A stretch of 64,000 bases of DNA. Origin: an uncultured virus (IMG/VR IMGVR_UViG_3300023110_000008). Lineage: Duplodnaviria; Heunggongvirae; Uroviricota; Caudoviricetes. Numbering within the stretch: position 1 is the first letter of the stretch; each line of letters opens with the position of its first letter. The translations under genes and the position numbers were made by a program. Below the pieces are notes generated by a model, which was given only the letters and a program-made list of their open reading frames with translations, had not been told where the DNA came from and searched no databases. Below, one piece after another: positions 10,475 through 19,176 of this stretch. The stretch lies in the IMG/VR virus record IMGVR_UViG_3300023110_000008. One strand, given 5' to 3'.

Positions 10475-10631
10475 AGTAAGATACTATTGTGATGAATGTC
10501 TCAATGAATTTGAAATTATACCTATTAACGAACCAATTGAAGAAGAAGATGAATTGACACCAAAGGTGTGTTCGTTTTGTTCTAATAAAGTGACAGATTT
10601 TTATTATGACGAATTTGATCCAGACGATTGA
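10467..10631 (+). CDS. small zinc-ribbon protein (54 aa, not in ORF track)
   Basis: MIKVRYYCDEC...KVCSFC...acidic tail; two CxxC pairs. Confidence 0.7.
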   Translation: MIKVRYYCDECLNEFEIIPINEPIEEEDELTPKVCSFCSNKVTDFYYDEFDPDD

Positions 10632-11001
10632 GTTAATCAAAAACAATCTCACAACCGATCTATTATCTAAGAGTTGGATAAACAAGAATGCCCAACAGAA
10701 GATGGCAGGTCACTGCTATCATGCATCAGCAGTATTACAAGATTTCTTTCCTGAATTAGACCTATACAGAGGTGTAGATGAAGAGGGTGAATATCATTGG
10801 TGGTGTCAAGACGGTGAAAAAATCATCGACATCACAGCAGAACAATATACTGAACGTGGTCTTACACCACCTTACAAAGATGGTAAGAAAGAACCACGCC
10901 TTGGTTTCTCATACAGAGATAAAGTACGTAAATTACACGACAGAGTTGTATCGGAGATGGAGGGCACCAAATCAGTGCCTTTTGATAACTTTTATGAATA
11001 G
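10606..11001 (+). CDS. hypothetical protein (transglutaminase/papain-like C...H...D pattern)
   Basis: GHCYHAS...YHWW...IIDITAEQY. Confidence 0.6.
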   Translation: MTNLIQTIELIKNNLTTDLLSKSWINKNAQQKMAGHCYHASAVLQDFFPELDLYRGVDEEGEYHWWCQDGEKIIDITAEQYTERGLTPPYKDGKKEPRLGFSYRDKVRKLHDRVVSEMEGTKSVPFDNFYE

Positions 11002-11437
11002 TCAGGAGAAGTACGTGAAATTCAATGACAACATAGTTGTAGATTTCAATGGTCGTATCAAAAACAAGAGACAAATAGAACAATACGTGAAGAACGTAAT
11101 TCGTTATTTCATACCAAAACTACGTAGAGTAATCTATGTCAATATCAGTATCACTAACGCCTTAGAAGATAATTGTCTAGGGTTTTGTCTAGGTGATAAG
11201 AGAAACATAGAGATCGAACTGTCACGTACTTGTTTCAACAAACCAATATCATTTGAGCAACAAATGGTCACACTAGCACACGAACTAGTACATGCAAAAC
11301 AGTTTTTAACTGGTCAACTATCGCCTAAACTAAGAAATTGGAAAGGCGAAACAAATGTCCATCCATACTCACGTAGCCCATATGAGAGAGAAGCATATAG
11401 AAAAGAGTCTTGGATATACGAGAACTTCTGGCAATAG
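10994..11437 (+). CDS. zinc metallopeptidase-like protein (HExxH)
   Basis: TLAHELVHAKQ...PYEREAY; start taken at MNSQEK. Confidence 0.75.
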   Translation: MNSQEKYVKFNDNIVVDFNGRIKNKRQIEQYVKNVIRYFIPKLRRVIYVNISITNALEDNCLGFCLGDKRNIEIELSRTCFNKPISFEQQMVTLAHELVHAKQFLTGQLSPKLRNWKGETNVHPYSRSPYEREAYRKESWIYENFWQ

Positions 11438-11443
11438 TCAACA

Positions 11444-11520
11444 GTCCTCGTAGCTCAACAGGATAGAGCAACAGTCTTCTAAACTGTAGGTTGCAGGTTC
11501 GATTCCTGCCGAGGACGCCA
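11444..11520 (+). tRNA. tRNA-Arg(TCT)
   Basis: Acceptor GTCCTCG/CGAGGAC, anticodon stem ACAGT/ACTGT, loop CT-TCT-AA, CCA end. Confidence 0.95.
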
Positions 11521-11535
11521 TTTTTTGCTTGACAA

Positions 11536-11569
11536 GGGGTTGACAATGACCCCCAAAAAATCGTAGGAT
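11536..11569 (+). promoter_or_regulatory. early sigma70-type promoter with hairpin around -35
   Basis: GGGGTT-GACAAT-GACCCC; TTGACA-18-TAGGAT. Confidence 0.75.
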
Positions 11570-11573
11570 ATAC

Positions 11574-12086
11574 ATGATGAGTAATAAAGTTAAAAGAATC
11601 TTCGTTGACATGGATGGTGTTCTAGCCGACTTTCTAAAAGGCGTAGAACAACCTGAGTATATTGGTCACCCTTTGACCAATGATGATAAAGGCCATACAG
11701 AGTATGACGAGAGAAAAGAAGAACTAACAAACAAAAGACTATTTGCTAACTTACCTCCAATGGTAGATATGTATGACTTGATAGGGTATATCAAACACAC
11801 TGAGTTACCATGGGAAATATTGACTGCTGCTGGTGTAGTCAACAGAGAGTTGGTAGTCTATGACAAACAAGAGTGGATCAAAAGATATGTAGATCCAAAT
11901 GTAGTAGTGACTTGTACATATACAGGTACTCAAAAAGCTGCCTTTGCTATCGAAGGTAATGTTCTGATCGATGATCGACCAAAGAACATCAAAGCTTGGG
12001 AAGATGCTGGTGGTATTGGTATCATTCATACCAATGCAAGAGACACTATCGAACAACTAAAGACACTCCGTAGCGCAGAAGGGTAG
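11574..12086 (+). CDS. 5'(3')-deoxyribonucleotidase (HAD family)
   Basis: FVDMDGVLADF, ILTA, LIDDRPKNI..W...GG.GI. Confidence 0.85.
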   Translation: MMSNKVKRIFVDMDGVLADFLKGVEQPEYIGHPLTNDDKGHTEYDERKEELTNKRLFANLPPMVDMYDLIGYIKHTELPWEILTAAGVVNRELVVYDKQEWIKRYVDPNVVVTCTYTGTQKAAFAIEGNVLIDDRPKNIKAWEDAGGIGIIHTNARDTIEQLKTLRSAEG

Positions 12087-12234
12087 TCGACAGAAATCGA
12101 GGAGAAGTAGCCCCCTCGACTCCGTTACGAAGTACACATTGTTGAACACTGCTGAAGAGTATTGGATGGAAGTAACAATGTGGTCCGAAAGGGTGGTCTA
12201 ACTTTTCCTCACATGCGAGGTGTTTACTAGACCC
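12081..12234 (+). ncRNA. putative structured ncRNA (long irregular rod with central bubble, 6S-like)
   Basis: Nested pairings GGGT/ACCC, GAGGAGAAGT(12099-108)/ACTTTTCCTC(12201-210), CACATTGTT(12135-43)/AACAATGTG(12174-82) in a gap between genes. Confidence 0.55.
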
Positions 12235-12277
12235 ATTCAAAACTTTGAAACATAATTTGCGGTCTATTTTTCGGTGT

Positions 12278-12313
12278 GGGAGTTTTGACTTTAAAGAAAA
12301 CTCCCCTTTTTTT
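12278..12313 (+). terminator. intrinsic terminator
   Basis: GGGAGTTTT/AAAACTCCC stem followed by a T7 run. Confidence 0.8.
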
Positions 12314-12329
12314 ATACCTAAATATTGCC

Positions 12330-12686
12330 ATGAGAAATGGTAATGATTTGTGTTTAGAGTGTGGTAGATGTTGTAATGGTGTCTATTTCAAATCTATAAA
12401 ACTACTCCACGGTGATCGTATAGACTTATTCGATGTTACCTATACACCAAAATATCAAGGAGATTTTGTACTTTCATCATTACCATGTCAACAACTAAAT
12501 CCAGATAACACATGTAAAATCTATGAAGATCGGCCTAGGGTCTGTAGAGACTTTCAATGTGTAATATTGAAGAGATATCTTGCAGAAGACGTTGATCTGG
12601 ATACTGCACTAAATATGTTGGAAGAAGATGAAAAGGCACTATACGGAAGTCATGGCCTAATGTATAATGGTAAAGATACAAAATGA
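12330..12686 (+). CDS. YkgJ-family (CxxCxxCC) Fe-S/zinc cluster protein
   Basis: CLECGRCC...PCQQL...CKIYEDRPRVCRDFQC; late promoter CCTAAATA at 12317-12324. Confidence 0.85.
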   Translation: MRNGNDLCLECGRCCNGVYFKSIKLLHGDRIDLFDVTYTPKYQGDFVLSSLPCQQLNPDNTCKIYEDRPRVCRDFQCVILKRYLAEDVDLDTALNMLEEDEKALYGSHGLMYNGKDTK

Positions 12687-12901
12687 AGAAATTTATAGAA
12701 TGGTTAAAGAGTTTATTTCAGACACGATATTTAATTACTGTATCGTTTAACTCTCAATATGGTGATGCAGACGATAGGAAGTTTATCGCTAAGAAAGTCT
12801 TTATACAGAAAGACAAACACCTAAAATTCAGAGACGAAGACGACAGAATTGTTGAATATCGCAGTGCAGCTGGTCTAAACTACATAATAGAGGACGTATA
12901 A
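12683..12901 (+). CDS. hypothetical protein
   Basis: 72 aa ORF coupled on both sides. Confidence 0.7.
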   Translation: MKKFIEWLKSLFQTRYLITVSFNSQYGDADDRKFIAKKVFIQKDKHLKFRDEDDRIVEYRSAAGLNYIIEDV

Positions 12902-13284
12902 TGAATCAATTTTTTATTGGCATTATGCTTGTTCTTGGACTTGGATGTTGGTGGTTATACTCAGAGAATGAGACCCTAAAAGACAACAACGTCAAACTAG
13001 AACTTGCAGTTGCTGAACAACAGGCTACAATTGTAGCAATACAAGAAAACTTTGAGCGACAAGCAGAAGCATTGTCCAATTTGACACGTATGAATGCGGA
13101 GATCGAAAAAGAAAAAGATCAGTACTTGGCAATTTTTAGAAAACACAACCTAGATAAAATTGCATTAATGAAACCAGGTTTGACTGAAACAAGAGTCAAC
13201 AATGCCACAAAGGCAGTATTTGAGGAGATAATGAATGATAGCAAGAACATTAGCAATCGTGACAGCCGCAATTCTGATCAGTAG
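12901..13284 (+). CDS. i-spanin (Rz-like)
   Basis: Single N-terminal TM segment then coiled coil; overlapped by a lipoprotein gene. Confidence 0.75.
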   Translation: MNQFFIGIMLVLGLGCWWLYSENETLKDNNVKLELAVAEQQATIVAIQENFERQAEALSNLTRMNAEIEKEKDQYLAIFRKHNLDKIALMKPGLTETRVNNATKAVFEEIMNDSKNISNRDSRNSDQ

Positions 13285-13726
13285 TTGTAGTATATTTGGT
13301 ACAAAGAAAGTAGAAGTTGTCAGTAAACCTGTACAATTAGATATTATACAACCAACACTACCTAGACCATTAGAATTAGACGTGCCTAAATGGTACGTAG
13401 TGTCAGAAGCAATCATTACAAATCCTTGTAAGAAAGTAGAAGATAAAAGACCTAAAGAGTGTAGTTTAGAAGAGAGAGAAAATCCAGACTGGCCTGTAGG
13501 TTATACATATCTTGACCGTTTCTTAGATGATATGAAGAGAGCAAATGCAGGCGATGTACTGTTCGTTGCTACAACAATATCAGACTATCAATTGATGTCT
13601 ACAAATGTACAAGAACTGAGACGATATATAAGAGAACTAGGAGTTGTCATAGCATATTATGAAGATGTAACAATGCCAAATGGAGATAAGGGTGTTGGTG
13701 CAAGTGTGAAAAAGAATGAAAATTAA
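13235..13726 (+). CDS. o-spanin (Rz1-like lipoprotein)
   Basis: Signal peptide with lipobox LISSC, Pro-rich linker, overlaps i-spanin 3' end. Confidence 0.75.
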   Translation: MIARTLAIVTAAILISSCSIFGTKKVEVVSKPVQLDIIQPTLPRPLELDVPKWYVVSEAIITNPCKKVEDKRPKECSLEERENPDWPVGYTYLDRFLDDMKRANAGDVLFVATTISDYQLMSTNVQELRRYIRELGVVIAYYEDVTMPNGDKGVGASVKKNEN

Positions 13727-14483
13727 CTTCGATAAAAACTTAAATAACAATTTTCAACCATGCGAGACAGATGTAGACTATTTGTTTCCAATTCCATTTC
13801 TATCAGGTAAACTCAAATTAGATCACCAGAGAGTTAGACAAGATATGGATCGATTGATCGATCAAGTCGCTGATAGACATGGTGATGATAATCTTATAAA
13901 CTATACAACATACTTTGACGAAGACATACGTGAACAAATGTATCTTTTACCTTGGTGGACATCATTCGTCAATCAAATGAAAGATACATATATCTTATTT
14001 GTAAAGAACGTATTTGAGAGTAATGTAGACTATCTATCAAGGCATGACATTCACTTCTTTGCATGGATGAATCGATACGATTCACATCATTCACATGAGG
14101 TACATAATCACGTTAACTCATTGATGAGTGGTACATATTATGTTGATGTTGACGAAGACTCACAACCTATTAAGTTCTTTAATCCAAATGTAACGACTAT
14201 CTTTGGTCATCAAGCAGGTGAGAATCAGAAACACATGCAACACAATGAGAAAATGACATACACTGGTACGAGTGGTAGTTTAAATGATATGACATTCAAA
14301 GCTCAGAGTGGTGACTTCGCCTTATGGCCTAGTTACTTGATGCATTGTGTTCCACCTGATCACAACCCAAAAGAAAGTTACACTAGATATAGTATATCAT
14401 TTAATTTAAATCATAGTAAGAAGTTAGGTTTCTATACTGAAGGTGATCAGATGAGCTATGATTTTTTAGGACGTGAAGAATGA
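13716..14483 (+). CDS. 2OG-Fe(II) oxygenase family protein
   Basis: WMNRY...HNH...SGTYY...WPSYLMHCV...RYSISFN. Confidence 0.85.
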   Translation: MKINFDKNLNNNFQPCETDVDYLFPIPFLSGKLKLDHQRVRQDMDRLIDQVADRHGDDNLINYTTYFDEDIREQMYLLPWWTSFVNQMKDTYILFVKNVFESNVDYLSRHDIHFFAWMNRYDSHHSHEVHNHVNSLMSGTYYVDVDEDSQPIKFFNPNVTTIFGHQAGENQKHMQHNEKMTYTGTSGSLNDMTFKAQSGDFALWPSYLMHCVPPDHNPKESYTRYSISFNLNHSKKLGFYTEGDQMSYDFLGREE

Positions 14484-15163
14484 GTACATATGCTATAGAT
14501 GAGTTATACAAACTCAATCCTAAATTAGAACATACGTTTGAGAACGACTGTATAACCATTGATAATTTCTATGAGAATCCAGATGCAATCTATGACCATT
14601 TGATGAAGAGAGATTACCCATTATGGAAATATAATCCAGAACGTAAGGGTAGAAATGGCATAGACTACAACGACTGTAGAATAGTAGACAAGGTTGCTCA
14701 CCCTACTAGAATATACGAGAACGAAAACCAGAGAGTCTTAGATATATGTCGTAGATACTTTTGGAAAGGTCAATACGATTGGTCAAGATTGATTGAGTTC
14801 AACTGTTTTCAAACTATCAATGTATTTGATAACAAACTACAACATTATCCACATATCGACTCAGAGTTGTCATGCCCTAACGAGACAGCAACACTGAACT
14901 TTCTTGTCTACTTAGATAAAGAAGAAGATGGTGGTACTGCCGTATATGGTGGTGAATGGATTACAAACCATGAAGAACAAAGTCTGTTATATCCAGTAGA
15001 AGAGAAATTCAACATACAACATATCATACCTGCCAAGTTCAATCGTGCTGTCATATTTCCAGGTAACAGGATGCATGGCGCATACATAAATAATTACGAT
15101 AATTATAAAGATGATAAGTGGAGATTTACACAAGTCATATTTTACCACCCATGCCAGAGATAG
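14480..15163 (+). CDS. 2OG-Fe(II) oxygenase-like protein (DUF6445-like)
   Basis: IDNFYENPD, PHID, VYL...GGT, KFNRAVIF....HG. Confidence 0.75.
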   Translation: MSTYAIDELYKLNPKLEHTFENDCITIDNFYENPDAIYDHLMKRDYPLWKYNPERKGRNGIDYNDCRIVDKVAHPTRIYENENQRVLDICRRYFWKGQYDWSRLIEFNCFQTINVFDNKLQHYPHIDSELSCPNETATLNFLVYLDKEEDGGTAVYGGEWITNHEEQSLLYPVEEKFNIQHIIPAKFNRAVIFPGNRMHGAYINNYDNYKDDKWRFTQVIFYHPCQR

Positions 15164-15729
15164 ATAAACCAAACACGAGTAAAACATGGATCAATTTTGT
15201 GCCATGCACACTTGACGATGCTATATGTGATGAACTGATAGAGCTGCATAATAGTTTACCTTATTCAGATATCAATATAAATGGTCTCAAAATACTACCG
15301 ACTGATCCAGAATTACAAGACAATTTAAAAACATACAAGTACCAATGGCCTCATGATGGCAATAGAGAACACACCACGATATATGGTGATGAACTTATAA
15401 GAGTAGAAGAGATTTTAGAAGATATCAAACCAGATCATAGAGACTATTTTAAAGTCAGTTTTTGTCAGATCATTAGATATCGTACAGGTGGGTTTTTCCA
15501 TCCTCACAAAGATCAAGCAGATCAAGATGATAGTGCTACAGCTATTATTACATTGAACGACAATTACGATGGTGGTAGATTCGTAGTAGAACCAGGTGTC
15601 ACAATCAAGGCGCCATCAGGATCAATGATTGCATTTAATAATAGTACTGAACTATGGCATATGGTCGAACCGATCTATGCAGGTGAAAGGTGGGTACTAG
15701 CAGTATGGTTTCAGAGGTATAAGAAGTAA
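15151..15729 (+). CDS. prolyl-4-hydroxylase-like 2OG-Fe(II) oxygenase
   Basis: RY..GGFFHPHKD...LNDNYDGG...WHMVEPI..GERW. Confidence 0.85.
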   Translation: MPEIDKPNTSKTWINFVPCTLDDAICDELIELHNSLPYSDININGLKILPTDPELQDNLKTYKYQWPHDGNREHTTIYGDELIRVEEILEDIKPDHRDYFKVSFCQIIRYRTGGFFHPHKDQADQDDSATAIITLNDNYDGGRFVVEPGVTIKAPSGSMIAFNNSTELWHMVEPIYAGERWVLAVWFQRYKK

Positions 15730-15899
15730 TGTTTGTACAACAAGACCCTAATGTTGCACCATGCAGTTATTGTAATAGACGTGTAATGCTTGATACAGTC
15801 AAATATCATACATCAACTAATAAAGAACCTGTACATATATTTTGTGGTGCAGAATGTAGTCTCAAATGGCATCAACGGGAGTGGGAATGCAAGGAGTAA
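15729..15899 (+). CDS. small TRASH/YHS-like zinc-binding protein (56 aa, not in ORF track)
   Basis: PCSYC...HIFCGAECSLKW; TAATG coupling. Confidence 0.65.
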   Translation: MFVQQDPNVAPCSYCNRRVMLDTVKYHTSTNKEPVHIFCGAECSLKWHQREWECKE

Positions 15900-16582
15900 T
15901 TAAAACTTTAGATTTTAAAGAGGGTGAGAGACAGAACCGATACGAGTGGTTTTTCTCACATGTGCCACGTGCAGGTGGTCATTGTATTAAAGCAATTTGT
16001 GAAGAGAATGCCTATCAAATGGATCATATTGCTGATGGTAATTTAGAAGAGGCATTTGAGAGAAAGTATCCTGAGTATAAAAACGAAGAACATTTTGTAG
16101 CTGACCATATACCATTAGAACAACAAGAAATGTTATATCCAGGTTCTGTGACTGATAACGATAGACCGATATATGCAATGGTCAGAAATCCATATGACAG
16201 AGCGGTATCGATGATTCGTTTTCTTGCATATTGGTGGTTCAGAGACAAAGCAATGTTTCCTGACAGAAGATACAGCGCTCACACAATGGTGAATATGGTC
16301 GCCTTGATGAGACCTCAACACGAGTTTATATTTTACAAAAATAAGCAGATAGCACAATTTCAAAAACTAGAAGACGACAAACCATTCACATGGGGTAATA
16401 TAGAGTTCGATTTATCTAAACACAAAAAGGTTTGGTCACATGAAGAGATTATCAAATCTAGCATGTACCCAATGACACCATTAGAATCATTTGAACCAAA
16501 TCAAACACTGATTGATATTGTCAATTTTGAATATGAGAAAGACTTTGAGTTATTAGGGTACGATGTTCGGAGTAAAGCGTAG
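15887..16582 (+). CDS. sulfotransferase-family protein
   Basis: HVPRAGG, VRNPYDRAVS, RPQ, YEKDFELLGY. Confidence 0.8.
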   Translation: MQGVIKTLDFKEGERQNRYEWFFSHVPRAGGHCIKAICEENAYQMDHIADGNLEEAFERKYPEYKNEEHFVADHIPLEQQEMLYPGSVTDNDRPIYAMVRNPYDRAVSMIRFLAYWWFRDKAMFPDRRYSAHTMVNMVALMRPQHEFIFYKNKQIAQFQKLEDDKPFTWGNIEFDLSKHKKVWSHEEIIKSSMYPMTPLESFEPNQTLIDIVNFEYEKDFELLGYDVRSKA

Positions 16583-17237
16583 AGACGCCACAGAGTACGA
16601 GTTCTATTTCATGCATCCTGCTAAGTGTGCAGGTTCATTCATAGAATTTTATATAATGGATGAGTACAAGGATTACCATAACAGGATACCAAATGATGTA
16701 CTTGACTATAAACAGACAGAACACTATACGTATTCTACACAACATTTTCATTTGTATAATGCTGAGTTATTCTGTCCTGATCTATTGACAACTGATACAC
16801 CACTATACACCATTGTAAGAAACCCATACGACAGATTTGCATCGCAATTGAAATTTCTTATGATGTACATGTTAAAGAAACCATCAGGCGATTTTGATTT
16901 TGGTGTACATGAAAGTCAAAAATGGTTATCAGGTGTCATTATGAATGAAATGTCACCTATTGGTAATATATTTCAAGCTCAGAATGCATATACACACTAT
17001 CACGGTGAAGAGAAGACAAGGTGGTTTAGACTAGAAGATATTAAAGACTACACATTAACTATCGAGTCATTACAATTTGATATGACAAGACGAGACATTA
17101 ACAATTGGTCACATGATGATGTAGCAAAAGAAGTAGGTTTTACAAGTGACCTAAATATAGAACTGAACGATGGTATGAAGGAGATAGTCAGACAAGCATA
17201 CGAAAAGGACTTTGAGTATTATGGATATGAAATTTGA
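16563..17237 (+). CDS. sulfotransferase-family protein (tandem paralog)
   Basis: HPAKCAGS, VRNPYDRFAS, YEKDFEYYGY. Confidence 0.8.
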   Translation: MFGVKRRDATEYEFYFMHPAKCAGSFIEFYIMDEYKDYHNRIPNDVLDYKQTEHYTYSTQHFHLYNAELFCPDLLTTDTPLYTIVRNPYDRFASQLKFLMMYMLKKPSGDFDFGVHESQKWLSGVIMNEMSPIGNIFQAQNAYTHYHGEEKTRWFRLEDIKDYTLTIESLQFDMTRRDINNWSHDDVAKEVGFTSDLNIELNDGMKEIVRQAYEKDFEYYGYEI

Positions 17238-17814
17238 AGACATAGGTGATCATATATTTTTATTTACAGGTGTATTTGATGACCTTATAGATGATTTTAT
17301 ACACGTGTTCGATACAGCCCATGAGAAAGGCTTGACATTGAATCGTAAAGATTATGATACTAAACATTGGACACGTAAGAAAGATGAGAGTATATTTTGC
17401 CATGATCTGCCAAGTGCCTTATTACCCCATTCACAAGAACTTGTAGACCGTATAGAGGCAGATATCATACCAGCATGGGAAGAAAAATATCCTGTATTGA
17501 CAGATGGACACTACAGAGGTCTATTCGTGTCATCAGCAAAACTACAGAAGACATTGCCAGGTGGTGGTTATCACAATTGGCATACTGAACATACACATAA
17601 AGTAGACAGCAACAGAACACTATTGGCATGGATGTTATATCTAAACGATGTCAATGATGGCGGTGAGAGTGAGTTTTTATACCAACATAGGCGAATCACA
17701 CCTGAGCGTGGCACCTTCGTGCTTTGGCCTGCAGGATTTACACACTTTCATCGTGGAAATCCACCATTGTCCGGCGAGAAATATATCGCTACAGGTTGGA
17801 TAGATTGGTTTTAG
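17227..17814 (+). CDS. 2OG-Fe(II) oxygenase
   Basis: QKT.PGGGYHNWHTE...WMLYLNDV..GGESEF...WPAGFTHFHRGNPP...KYIATGW. Confidence 0.9.
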   Translation: MKFEDIGDHIFLFTGVFDDLIDDFIHVFDTAHEKGLTLNRKDYDTKHWTRKKDESIFCHDLPSALLPHSQELVDRIEADIIPAWEEKYPVLTDGHYRGLFVSSAKLQKTLPGGGYHNWHTEHTHKVDSNRTLLAWMLYLNDVNDGGESEFLYQHRRITPERGTFVLWPAGFTHFHRGNPPLSGEKYIATGWIDWF

Positions 17815-17888
17815 CGGATATAGTATAACGGTTATTATGCGACCTTGCCAAGGTCGAGATGACAGTTCGATTCTGTCTATCCGCTCCA
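17814..17888 (+). tRNA. tRNA-Gly(GCC)
   Basis: Acceptor GCGGATA/TATCCGC, anticodon stem CGACC/GGTCG, loop TT-GCC-AA, CCA; first base shared with the upstream stop codon. Confidence 0.95.
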
Positions 17889-17897
17889 TTTTTACTA

Positions 17898-17927
17898 TTG
17901 ACAATATCGCAGATGTTGTAGTAGGAT
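17898..17927 (+). promoter_or_regulatory. early sigma70-type promoter
   Basis: TTGACA-18-TAGGAT, 7 nt before ATG 17935. Confidence 0.7.
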
Positions 17928-17934
17928 AGGTGGC

Positions 17935-18267
17935 ATGGGTTATTTAAATCTAGCAACTAGTCTACGTTACGGTCCACATGGAAAGAAACGTAAGACTCAA
18001 GCATTTAACAAAGCCAAGCGACCTAAATATGATGAGTTGATTGCACAACAAGAACGTATCTATAAACAGATAGTTCGAGAAGTAGCAGAAACTTATCCTT
18101 CGTTAGTGACGAATGCAACAGGTAACTGTACACCACGTGTAGAACCTATGCAGTACACAGGAGAAAGAAAATTATTAGGTATAGCGGCGATGCATAAATC
18201 AAACCTAGTACCTGTATTTGAAGATGATAAAAATTACGCCAAAGATTTGGCGAGAATGCGAAGATAG
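17935..18267 (+). CDS. conserved T4-like hypothetical protein
   Basis: YTG...LGIAAMHKSNLVPVF...A.DLARMRR motif. Confidence 0.75.
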   Translation: MGYLNLATSLRYGPHGKKRKTQAFNKAKRPKYDELIAQQERIYKQIVREVAETYPSLVTNATGNCTPRVEPMQYTGERKLLGIAAMHKSNLVPVFEDDKNYAKDLARMRR

Positions 18268-18276
18268 GAGTATATA

Positions 18277-19176
18277 ATGGCATTTAATATCGTAACAACC
18301 TGCGTAACCGATGATCCTAAGGTTACACCACAAGACGTAAGACGTTTGAAACTATCACTAGATAGAAACAGAGCGCTTGAGTCTGATGGTTATTTAATAG
18401 CAAAATTCTGGATTGTAACCGATTATCCCCAAGAGGAATTTGATGCACTTGGACTCAAACAAGAGGGTCCTGTAAAGTTCATTCGCTTTATGCGAGAGAG
18501 TGACGATGATGTATTGAAACACCCAAGTTTCTATCAACGCTATCTCTTCAGAAATAATTATTTTGGTGAGAATGACAAGACCATGTTCATCGATGCAAAC
18601 GTTGTTTGTCGTGAATTGGTGCAGTCAATATTATATTCTACATTACCTGATAGAGGCAATGCAGAAGAAACCAATCTAACTTTAACACAAGAAGAAACTG
18701 ATCGAATCAATAACGATAATGCTTCGACTATTGGTTTTGTGTCAGATTGGGGTGAAACTGAGGGTACTGAGTTTTTACCTTATTTCTATCAATTCAACTA
18801 TGGTCAATATCCAAACCTAGTGAATCTCATGTTCAATGAAGAGACTGTCGCTAAGTACGATACCTTTATTGAGTTTCTAGCAGGTGAACACGATGGTGTG
18901 AATCTTGCATTAGACCCAGCGATTTTAGGTAAGTACTACGTAGGTGGTGATTCAAATCCAATGAATCAACAATTGATTGACAACTATGAGAAGAACGTGA
19001 GACCTTTCTTTCCTGATAGATGGAGAGGCATTGGTGATGAACCAGTAGCGAGATATATCCATTTCGACCATGAGTATCGAACTATCACAAAACAAACATC
19101 ATTTTTATATATTGATAGAGGTGATGAGAACGTGGATCCGTTCACCGATAGATACTTAGAACTATGGGTTCTATGA
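18277..19176 (+). CDS. divergent glycosyltransferase-like protein
   Basis: N-terminal pattern NIVT...VRRL..SL.RN...FWIVTD and MFIDANVV (degenerate DxD) resemble phage GT-A proteins. Confidence 0.45.
   Translation: MAFNIVTTCVTDDPKVTPQDVRRLKLSLDRNRALESDGYLIAKFWIVTDYPQEEFDALGLKQEGPVKFIRFMRESDDDVLKHPSFYQRYLFRNNYFGENDKTMFIDANVVCRELVQSILYSTLPDRGNAEETNLTLTQEETDRINNDNASTIGFVSDWGETEGTEFLPYFYQFNYGQYPNLVNLMFNEETVAKYDTFIEFLAGEHDGVNLALDPAILGKYYVGGDSNPMNQQLIDNYEKNVRPFFPDRWRGIGDEPVARYIHFDHEYRTITKQTSFLYIDRGDENVDPFTDRYLELWVL

Noticed and set aside
12150..12200. Hammerhead ribozyme core (CTGAAGA...GAAA)
   Set aside because: Stem II between the core motifs does not pair and no stem III/UH site can be built; the rod fold explains the region better.
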